The notes beneath the pieces were generated by a model, which was not told the DNA's origin, did not search any database, and was given only the letters and a program-made list of their open reading frames with translations. Positions 58,101 to 64,000 of a DNA stretch of 64,000 nt are shown one piece after another. The stretch's first letter is position 1. Each line of letters starts with the position of its first letter. Source of the stretch: Giardia intestinalis (lineage: Eukaryota); the NCBI GenBank assembly GCA_000002435.2, contig CM018793.1. One strand, given 5' to 3'. The position numbers and the translations under genes are program-made.

Positions 58101-60112
58101 GCAGAGCTGGCCTTACAAACAGCTGTCACATTGGAGTTGAGTCCGGTGTGTAATGGCACTTTGGAACGCGATTCTGCAGAAGGAGTCTCACGTGTGCTTA
58201 ATGAAGTGGTGACTGCTGATGTGTGACGAAGACGCGCCTCGAGAACAGCTTGGTCAGTTGTGAGACAGGTCAAGATTATCAGGCATAAGATCCTCATGTC
58301 GGTAGATGTTGTACTCTGCAATAAAAGGTTGCAAAGAACGTCCTCGATGTTCCCTTTGTTGGCTGCCACCCCACTTCCACTACGCCTTTTCGCGATGTTA
58401 ATAATAAGTGGTATTGTAGAATAATTCGCTGTTACAATCTTACAAACTATCAGAATGCAACGGAACTGGTCAGATTCGCACTCCTGAAACGTGTGAACGC
58501 CATGCAAAACTATCTGGAGCAATCGTAATTCTAAGGTGGCCCGAAGGCACCATGGACCCATGTCGATAAAGTGCACAATCAGGTCCAAAGCCTTGCTACG
58601 CAGTTGCTGTATCTTAATACTAATTATTACAAATGGCAAAACATCAGGAATTTCAGTTGATGGATGTGCGTCCAGGAGCCAGAGCTCAAAGGTCCGCAGC
58701 TGGTCCTGCAGGAACGACACCATCAAGTTGGATGTTGGGTCCATTGCTCTCTTCTTAATGAATGATTGATTGGCTGTTGACGAAATAGACGAGGTCTTAG
58801 AGTGCCCACGGAGGTTCAGCTTGGTACTTGCCACTGAGCTTTGGTCGAGACTCTCATTGACCCCTAGCTTGGCTGAGATCTGTGCTCTGTACTTTTCTAG
58901 AGACTTTATCGTTAGAACTGATGACGCTTGTGAGTCCTGTCTAGCTAGAGACCTTTTCTTCGCATCCTTGACTGTTTGCTGCTCGAAGTAGAACGTTAAT
59001 ACACCCAAGTTCATTAGCTTTGCATTACTTGTATAGACACTCGATAAGTTAGCGTTAAAAATGGTGTCAAAGACGTCCCAGAATCGATGAGCGGTTGTAT
59101 CAGGTAAGGAAGGGAGAGATTGAGCCGTTATTCGCAGATCCTTCATGATGCGCTGGGCGAGGATAAACCCAGTGTAAAGTGTACTGACACACTTATCCTG
59201 TCTGTATATCATATTAAATGTATCACGGGGAAGTGAGCTCCATGCAATTGCTTCACAGAGGAGCTTCAATATTTTATTTATGTTGTTAAGGAAGTCCCGT
59301 TTACCGGATTCCTGAAGATATGTATAAACAGATTCGCATTGTTCATATGTGCACGGGGACGAAGTAAACATATATATCTTTCGTATGTATGAGAAAATAT
59401 ACATCTTAACGGGGTTCAGTAGGCATTGTGTAAAAACGTCCGCTGGATAGCAGTTTAGTGAACTCAGCCAGAGGGGCAAACGCTCATTACTGCTTGTTGC
59501 CCCAATCACTAAGATGTTGTCATTGTCTAGTATATCTAATTTTCTAATGGTGTTAATTATGGATCCGGCATAATTGCAATCCAAGACCAGAAGTGCATGA
59601 TCTCCGACAATACGAAGCACATCGTCGATTGATACTAACTGAATTTTCTTTTGTCTGATAGTAGCAGTGTCTGGACCGTCATCATATAACAGAATAGAGC
59701 CTACGGTCGATTGCGAGTCTAACCCGTGGCATATGTAATGTAAGATGGTTCTCTGTGACGACGAAACGTGACTGCTAGTACTGAGACGAAGACTACGCAG
59801 CGTCGGTCGAACTATAAACTTAACCACGTTCTGCCTCTGTATGGAGAGAAGGCTTGTGTAAAGGCGGCGAAACGAAACAGACGTCTGCTCGGCTATTTGA
59901 TCCACCGGAAGGTTCAGAATATCAATATCAGCCTCATATATAGTGTTAACAGTGATTGGAATGTCAATACCTAGTTCTATGGCAGTCAGTATTAAAATCG
60001 TACCGACTTGAGGAGATTGAGAGCTGATGGGCAAAGAGAATGCCTGCATATTTCGTAAGGAGAGAGCATTGAAGCTGTGTCGTTGGCTAGCAAAGAGGAG
60101 GCTGGGTAACAT
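52151..60112 (-). CDS. RPTOR: Raptor (regulatory-associated protein of TOR, TORC1 subunit), greatly expanded (2653 aa)
   Basis: ATG start. The caspase-like RNC domain has a conserved His/Cys dyad context: ILHYICHG (human LFHYNGHG) and LLVLDCNYAG (IFVYDCSNAG). YPADVFTQCLLNPVKMYIF matches LPADLFTSCLTTPIKIAL. AIAWSSLPRDTFNMIYRQDKCVSTLYTGFILAQRIM matches [35 protein letters not shown]. The C-terminal region is plausibly WD40-like. Several long insertions are present relative to metazoan Raptor. Confidence 0.8.
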   Translation of the reverse strand: MLPSLLFASQRHSFNALSLRNMQAFSLPISSQSPQVGTILILTAIELGIDIPITVNTIYEADIDILNLPVDQIAEQTSVSFRRLYTSLLSIQRQNVVKFIVRPTLRSLRLSTSSHVSSSQRTILHYICHGLDSQSTVGSILLYDDGPDTATIRQKKIQLVSIDDVLRIVGDHALLVLDCNYAGSIINTIRKLDILDNDNILVIGATSSNERLPLWLSSLNCYPADVFTQCLLNPVKMYIFSYIRKIYMFTSSPCTYEQCESVYTYLQESGKRDFLNNINKILKLLCEAIAWSSLPRDTFNMIYRQDKCVSTLYTGFILAQRIMKDLRITAQSLPSLPDTTAHRFWDVFDTIFNANLSSVYTSNAKLMNLGVLTFYFEQQTVKDAKKRSLARQDSQASSVLTIKSLEKYRAQISAKLGVNESLDQSSVASTKLNLRGHSKTSSISSTANQSFIKKRAMDPTSNLMVSFLQDQLRTFELWLLDAHPSTEIPDVLPFVIISIKIQQLRSKALDLIVHFIDMGPWCLRATLELRLLQIVLHGVHTFQECESDQFRCILIVCKIVTANYSTIPLIINIAKRRSGSGVAANKGNIEDVLCNLLLQSTTSTDMRILCLIILTCLTTDQAVLEARLRHTSAVTTSLSTRETPSAESRSKVPLHTGLNSNVTAVCKASSATLTNGFGFYMPQNTQGDDPRIISECCTIMRESLMQKNMLEALAILVHSASEHIKLWSLLLLSELMHNLTTTVTDTRKLRSNRLSSPSLHTYTKTIPTSNSMVIATSSSNLLSSSTKLFSLTFVPDQVEEAVEPLLTADELISSAHDNFKQPESVVAYGSNYGKIRDIYGILMKLFEPSMTAEIRAAAISVVTSSLPVVDLISIIACHRVVDVFYPGDSESETWNESFLAGSDKSINLNPPDIILNISKLCIYDVSPLVRHEALCCIARVIPLYFQSFLALATSDLIVAYDMYSNAYVKIFNGFQTHQVNPIIHTTYSTLKQAMYDPVSIISIRARHLFDGVSSLALCLLLQTTPMTNDFFHINCKDYLEKRFSANRLSTEAEILNAVREVFNDRSMQRVRLIIQKLSLVRNLSEKQIKHILAAALRSSSACYNHLESSPLTSVKINGVCIDTAAITLKTTEAQGLSMSQFSKNPGTSQSAKSYPAGTTESAETSENSFVTTSIKQRKAFNFDSNSDQSDISISDINNTLVATEPESKDTSDVTECNMHELEFFKEKFLLLQQLDAVWLELAIRICMPQIVASIYNCASVILTLSRNSIRFPSICFNIEAAASVAAQKVHRSMKMCPVHSLLSINDRGASYYRMHDACCPCGRSALASLPFFLRDYVISPSSTKCLDFNPQVSLSLLSLDKVKDLAGSPRLSIGQCSSSSRSEMISSTSIHYQHSVSVMLDPLQFNSMNMEERIIRKERIFNSTENISSPAAISQEKDAVQSPWPSLFDLEVRKLSEFDHARLRSYFHFVLTYLKSCSKRKTTLKPEAPETQSTPQLETMLVTEVLPPGVPPREYSVLHASIHGVSFSSYMPSICEGYLCAVKTNRSDIRRLSPSTPVVFTGSGLGPTVSREQEHLNTLSSDKSNVFSLMSQRRKNTSYLGNDIASFSKIQTLRDHDLLKSEKYSSWDNKKGNLFVRPIQLFEELAKSTGKADFNDLQHQVDKFERMHVIDHYCHFCRNAAMASPLLTYCMDAMRIWSRSNLQFPTSSSRFTITRFTITRDVNPLGVRIMQDNEKVNRADRSSTSTSPAKRNIKELKSKSSGSPLKTASTSATLPSHDFVRFKLQTAASPFPYLESLAYCEISQAYFGDELIVPMEEIYFGYLVPYVCSLALHALFFDFSNYLMISLNSIEQSPILRYTQQNRTSLFTTDNNSSLIWTRNNFLMEMHNRITATINDIDYDRLSESLSKVRFLKLSDNQIGMKSALLSQKSISSNIQPLTINSDGSFQILPKSSPNSQSNAQELKPGEGADNTIIKLATESVPEGLFVMEMLPKVDSAHSIGSETIPMISLRQINAPSQATSRTSFPDAESNNSCTAMTEVDLLRQLHTMYPEQRDHLSSRFAPVKKAREVRDVLKRRVGDNGAFYFAEYKSSGGARCSEKSALLLKKVNSISHCTGAIKSAVFHRNETILLTNNGSTCCVWNTTTGELLNKLPLDLILDVQPTSWPGGGIISGHLHTPMLAFPQGPQAYNMMNWATDNCTALEPIILANMLEADAASLECPHCCILNTSRSLDYSVLKSFSSQLLKILYKQGSASARDFDPKLLRKLFPDMDDDEEAVPLENKTSAYSKMTELIREQRSPYSMENRSAWLGDIVLLNQHTPHSVVAIAAADCTVRILTNYHDTSLCRHTSAFNVGTPSSEPLYSSTRLQKCPYAIAEFYRHKFNADMSSPDIVLNHHKKQYIIARSKICNALFHEKKKPDEPGSARRVGEWTYTPVLPNNIPILRGHSDLLEMHTTAPHIVTAIRGGTEVSYIDLMHESKYLTLRPAHLVDNVVPLCSGILSCGVLTYGSKEYSIFDARSNNSVMTGKVPEVINGGALYDNTLFLSTASGRLLSKDTATDTVLKQYSIPSSRTVNFHNTGLFSCVEDTPLSPGNTESANILTYNITFGHVSGVCLGEMSYKAPIQTEPQCIAFHPRAPLIAIPELSRISLWSL

Positions 60113-60428
60113 AAAGCTATCGGCCGATTTTTTTAAAGAGAACCTAAGTTGTCACCGAAATTAGGTGCCTGTAGCTCTGATAGCAATGTGTCCTAGTTAT
60201 TTGCTCAACGAGACTGTGTGGGCCCAATATTTACTGAAACTTCTGTTTACTCGTTGAAAAATGACTCAGAGACGACTCACTATACATGGCGCATGTTTCT
60301 ATTAAGGACAACCAAGCGTTAGTAGCATAGAGGTTGCCGAAGGTAGCAATATTACAATATTTTAAGTTGATTGTATGGAGGCGGACACCCAATTACAAAT
60401 TTGCACTTAATTAATTGGAAAAAATCCG
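60113..60428. promoter_or_regulatory. 316-bp divergent intergenic region between Raptor and an ankyrin/coiled-coil gene
   Basis: Flanked by ATGs on opposite strands. It ends in cacttaattaattggaaaaaatccgATG. Confidence 0.35.
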
Positions 60429-63269
60429 ATGCGTCCAGCCAAAAGGGGTAAGTCTCAACTGTCTAAGCAGACTGTTGCTGAATCATCTCCCCCGCAAATA
60501 GCGAATGTGCCTCTGCCGGAGAACAGCACTCAGGCGATAGGCGACCTCTTAGAACGTGGCGCAGATCTTTGCACTGCGTACTCACAACTTGCCGATCAAC
60601 GCACCTCTTTACTCTCTGAACAGTTAGAGCAATGCAGTAACCACGATCTTAAGCGCTACTATAGTCGGCTCAATGAGGAACTGACTCTAATCACCCAGAT
60701 CAGCTCGAGGTTGCGTGCAGATCTTAAGTTCATTGCAGCGCAGTCACAAGGATTAATTGTCATTAGCTCTAAAACCATGTCTGATGACCCAGGGCTCTCA
60801 TACAGTTCTTCTCCACCCAGTAAGATGGATGCGTCTGATAGATGTCATGGGTCAATGACCGAGTCAACGCTCCAGGCGTCGACGCGAAGGTCCACGCGCC
60901 TCACTCCCAGTGAGGTTGAGGACTCCCTGGTTCAGGAGTTTATTAGAAAAGGTAACGCGCCCAGATCTGAGGCCGTCAAGTATGCTAAAATTGCTATATC
61001 ATTTGACCCCTCTGGGTATGCTGTTGGTGGAGACAAGCGGAGCTATAAAGAAGAGTTCATTGCAGCTAACTCTGAAAAAATTAGGTTACACGCAATGTTG
61101 CGAGATTCGGAAGCAGAGGTACAACGCTTGAGGAGCTTGGTTGAGCAAGCGCCATCTGAATTAGAGACAAAGCAGCTCAGAGCCAAGACTGCTATACAGG
61201 AAGACAAGATTAACTCTCTTAGATCAGTTTTGTCAATCAGGGATGCATCTAGGACTCGTGACAGCGTTGGTGAGAGTGCCCCTGCATCTCGTCTCGACCA
61301 TGATTTGGTGGATGAATTAACTAAGGAGAACATGGCTTTAAGAATAGAATTGGATAATCAGATCTCTATTGCTAATGCTCAGAATAAAACACACAAGCAA
61401 GAAGTTAGAAAGTTGCGTGAAAAGATCAGTGCTATGCAAAGTCAAGCGTCTCAGGAAGAGAATAAGCCTCAGTTCAAGGAAGCCTCGACCACACCTCAAG
61501 CTTCGGGGCTGTTTGAATCTACTCTGGGTTGTGATACCGGGTATCCTTGTTCTGATGATGACTCTGTGGACAAGAGCTATGTCGCTGAGCTTGAGGATGA
61601 CTTGACTCGTGCGCTATCTCGCATACAAGCCTTAACGGAGGAGAGGAACGCCCTTCAGGCAGATCTGAATAACAAGCTTTCTGCCAAGGCTGAGACTAAC
61701 CTTACAGCTAACCAAGTCCAGGAATTGGCTGCAAACAACATGATTCTCTCTAACGCTTTAACTGCACAGCACCAGCAGCTGACGGCTGCTTTCGCTGAGC
61801 TGAATCAAAAGAACGCCGATCAGCTTGTCCTGCAAAATACCATTCAACAGTTGACAGCTCAGCGTGATTACAACTCTCAAGCAATACAGGCGGAGATGAG
61901 TTCAAAACTAGATGCACAGATCAAGCTATACACAGAGCTTAAGGCTAATTATGAAAGTGCATTGGAGCTTATACAACAGCGCGATGACACTATTCTTCAG
62001 ATGTCAAATGATCTTTCCTCAAATGATAGGGTCACCATGCGCTGTGATAGAGACAATGCACGGCTAGAGCTTAAGGAGTGCAACCAGCAGCTTACTGAAA
62101 CAAAGCGACTACTACAGATGGTCACAGAGGCCATGGGGTATGAAGGCGGCTTCCCAACCACAACTGATGTTGAGCTTTGCGTTTCTCAGCACCAAAGGGA
62201 CAAAGAAAAGAAAACAATGCTAGAAACTGAGTATGCCTTGGCAAAACGAAAAATAGATAGTCTGGAAAAGGAATTGGCTGAGCTTAAGTCAAGTAGAGAC
62301 AGTCTGCAAAGCGCTATCCCCCCTAAGGTAACCCCGGCCAGTGCTATTTCCGCAGCTATTGCAGGTAGCAATGAAATCATTACTCCCCAGGATGCACAGC
62401 GATGTAATACACTATCTAATACTCTCACAGTTGCCCAAGGAATTCCTGGAAGTGCGACTGATTTGATTCGTAGCATGCGGGTCACTGGGGCCGACTTAGC
62501 ATCGTTTCGGACTTCTTCCGTCCGTACCACCAACAAAGCTGGGGTCGCATATGCAAGTTGTGAAATTCTCAATAGTTACACGCCGTTAATGAAAGCAATC
62601 ATAGCCGGAAATAACAGTGCGGTTTCACAAACTATTAGCTTCATAGGAAAGGCGGCGCTTGACGGCACAACAGCCCTCATGCTAGCCGCAATATATGACA
62701 ATAAAGAGGCGGTAGAGATATTAGCACCCCACGAAGCGATGATGAAGAGAAACGACGGAGCCACCGCGCTTAAGTTGGCTTTGCAGACACGACACCTAGG
62801 TCCAGCATCGATCCTGCTTAATTATGAGGGACCTACACTTCCTAAACAATTGCCGGGCTATCCACGTGAGGTAACTGCTTTGATGAAGGCTGCAGAGTTA
62901 GGTGATGTGGTGCTGGTATTTAGCTTGCTCGCTTCTCAAGCTGGGGCGAAGGATGCAGATGGAAGGACGGCTCTGATGAGGGCTGCACGAGCTGGGTTTG
63001 CAGACATAGTGTGGTTGCTAGCTCCACAGGAAGCTGGAATGCAGCTCATTAACGACACAGAGCTTGGCCCGGGCTCAACCGCACTGATGCTGGCTGCAAA
63101 TCAAGGACACCTCGAGTGCGTGAAGCTTCTAATTGCTAGCGAGCGAAAGTATAAGAATAATCTGAACTACGATGCTCTTTTCTATGCTCAGAGTTCTGCA
63201 TCTCATGTCTCCCCGGAGGATAGAGCTTCTATCATCGCTTTGTTAGAAGAAGGGTCTGGCACCCACTAA
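60429..63269 (+). CDS. Coiled-coil protein with C-terminal ankyrin repeats (Protein 21.1 family), 946 aa
   Basis: ATG start. It has about 600 aa of coiled coil. The C-terminal ankyrin cassette (TPLMKAIIAGNNSAV...GTTALMLAAIYDN...REVTALMKAAELGDVVLVFSLL...DGRTALMRAARAG...DALFYAQ) is nearly collinear with the C-terminus of 45854..51475. Confidence 0.8.
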   Translation: MRPAKRGKSQLSKQTVAESSPPQIANVPLPENSTQAIGDLLERGADLCTAYSQLADQRTSLLSEQLEQCSNHDLKRYYSRLNEELTLITQISSRLRADLKFIAAQSQGLIVISSKTMSDDPGLSYSSSPPSKMDASDRCHGSMTESTLQASTRRSTRLTPSEVEDSLVQEFIRKGNAPRSEAVKYAKIAISFDPSGYAVGGDKRSYKEEFIAANSEKIRLHAMLRDSEAEVQRLRSLVEQAPSELETKQLRAKTAIQEDKINSLRSVLSIRDASRTRDSVGESAPASRLDHDLVDELTKENMALRIELDNQISIANAQNKTHKQEVRKLREKISAMQSQASQEENKPQFKEASTTPQASGLFESTLGCDTGYPCSDDDSVDKSYVAELEDDLTRALSRIQALTEERNALQADLNNKLSAKAETNLTANQVQELAANNMILSNALTAQHQQLTAAFAELNQKNADQLVLQNTIQQLTAQRDYNSQAIQAEMSSKLDAQIKLYTELKANYESALELIQQRDDTILQMSNDLSSNDRVTMRCDRDNARLELKECNQQLTETKRLLQMVTEAMGYEGGFPTTTDVELCVSQHQRDKEKKTMLETEYALAKRKIDSLEKELAELKSSRDSLQSAIPPKVTPASAISAAIAGSNEIITPQDAQRCNTLSNTLTVAQGIPGSATDLIRSMRVTGADLASFRTSSVRTTNKAGVAYASCEILNSYTPLMKAIIAGNNSAVSQTISFIGKAALDGTTALMLAAIYDNKEAVEILAPHEAMMKRNDGATALKLALQTRHLGPASILLNYEGPTLPKQLPGYPREVTALMKAAELGDVVLVFSLLASQAGAKDADGRTALMRAARAGFADIVWLLAPQEAGMQLINDTELGPGSTALMLAANQGHLECVKLLIASERKYKNNLNYDALFYAQSSASHVSPEDRASIIALLEEGSGTH

Positions 63270-63279
63270 TATGGAAATT

Positions 63280-63286
63280 AGTGAAT
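63280..63286 (+). terminator. Putative poly(A) signal AGTGAAT 11 nt after the stop of 60429..63269
   Basis: AGTRAAY match (aAGTGAATttc) downstream of the TAA at 63267-63269. Confidence 0.4.
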
Positions 63287-63304
63287 TTCTTTTCCTAAAA
63301 AATA

Positions 63305-64000
63305 ATGACGCTAGAGCCGCACATTCTCCACGACGAGGATACCAATGACAGCGAGCAACACAGGGCGGCGTCGTTTTCTGATGTCTATGAGCTGTGCAGT
63401 ATTCTGCGAGGCGGATTTTCACTAGCGGAATACTTAGTTAGGCATATATCCATTGGTGAGAAATTCCTATGTGTGGAGCTCGATTACGGGAATATAAAGC
63501 ATTTCAATAAGGAACTCTGTCTGGCACGGCTCATGAGCTTCATGGGTCACCAGCATGCTAACCATTTGACATACCGTGAGTTCTTTGCAGACGAAGATGC
63601 CAGAAAGATCCAAATTATTATGGAGCCTTACATTAATAAATGCCTTTGTGACGTGATAGACCAGATTTGTCGCAGAAAGCTTACTCTTTCAGACGACGCT
63701 ATATGGGGTATCATTGCGCAGGTGTTCAATGGGCTTTATTTCTACCATCAGACTGACATCAATGGATTTTGTGGGAAAACACCCATTCATGGCGGAATAA
63801 ATGCCGAGAACATATATATTTCGACTAACGGAGTTGTACAATTGGGCCCGTTTCGGCTCCTCCCAGATTTTGAAGATGACTTCGATAACCTGCAGGAAGA
63901 TAGCACAGTGATACTGCCAACAAGCCCCGGCTCCACAGTACAGTCGTCGTGGAATGTTTCAGATCTTCAGGCCCTTGGATGCATAGTCTATGAGCTCTTG
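63305..64000 (+). CDS. NEK-like protein kinase-like protein, N-terminal part; partial, continues beyond right edge; predicted pseudokinase
   Basis: Open frame from the ATG at 63305 to the window end. It is not in the ORF track because it is incomplete. The kinase-fold landmarks are degenerate: IHGGINAENIYIS occupies the place of HRDLKPENI, and LGPFRL the place of DFG. Subdomain IX reads LGCIVYEL. Confidence 0.6.
   Translation, partial: MTLEPHILHDEDTNDSEQHRAASFSDVYELCSILRGGFSLAEYLVRHISIGEKFLCVELDYGNIKHFNKELCLARLMSFMGHQHANHLTYREFFADEDARKIQIIMEPYINKCLCDVIDQICRRKLTLSDDAIWGIIAQVFNGLYFYHQTDINGFCGKTPIHGGINAENIYISTNGVVQLGPFRLLPDFEDDFDNLQEDSTVILPTSPGSTVQSSWNVSDLQALGCIVYELL

Noticed and set aside
1-64000. 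Prokaryotic defence systems, phage or mobile elements, operon structure
   Set aside because: No transposase or integrase, no terminal inverted repeats, no RBS-spaced operons. The gene content is uniformly eukaryotic.

Overview
This window reads as nuclear DNA from a diplomonad, most likely Giardia (G. intestinalis/duodenalis-like), not a prokaryote. The evidence is very long intron-less ORFs on both strands at about 49% GC, and intergenic spacers of 4-120 bp with several convergent 3' overlaps. Short A/T-rich initiator-like tracts sit directly upstream of ATGs and AGTRAAY-type poly(A) signals sit at or just after stop codons. Lineage hallmark families are present: NEK kinase-like proteins with ankyrin tails, Protein 21.1-like ankyrin/coiled-coil giants, and a high-cysteine membrane protein with GGCY/CXXC motifs. 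Twenty-nine coding regions are called. Confidently recognised products are valyl-tRNA synthetase, NOP2 rRNA methyltransferase, ESF1, signal peptide peptidase, an Aa_trans-family amino-acid transporter, uracil-DNA glycosylase and a 2653-aa Raptor homologue. Less certain calls are an RBX1/APC11-type RING-box protein, a PHO80-like cyclin and an acid-sphingomyelinase-like phosphoesterase. A partial CNOT4 (NOT4) RING E3 gene runs off the left edge and is absent from the supplied ORF track. A partial NEK-like pseudokinase gene runs off the right edge. Two orphan giants (2607 aa and 1456 aa) and several smaller lineage-specific hypothetical proteins complete the set. The structural highlights are as follows. 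A 78-bp tandem array of about 5.5 near-identical copies lies inside a coding region and creates two artefactual ORFs. Two directly adjacent, same-strand ankyrin/coiled-coil genes are tandem paralogues, and a third member of the same family lies 9 kb away. The NEK-like protein is a predicted pseudokinase. Several track ORFs start at TTG, with the likely real ATG downstream. No CRISPR array, prokaryotic defence or mobile element, rRNA or tRNA was supportable. I did not find evidence for an undescribed multi-gene system. The most novel content is the set of orphan giant proteins and the repeat-bearing gene.
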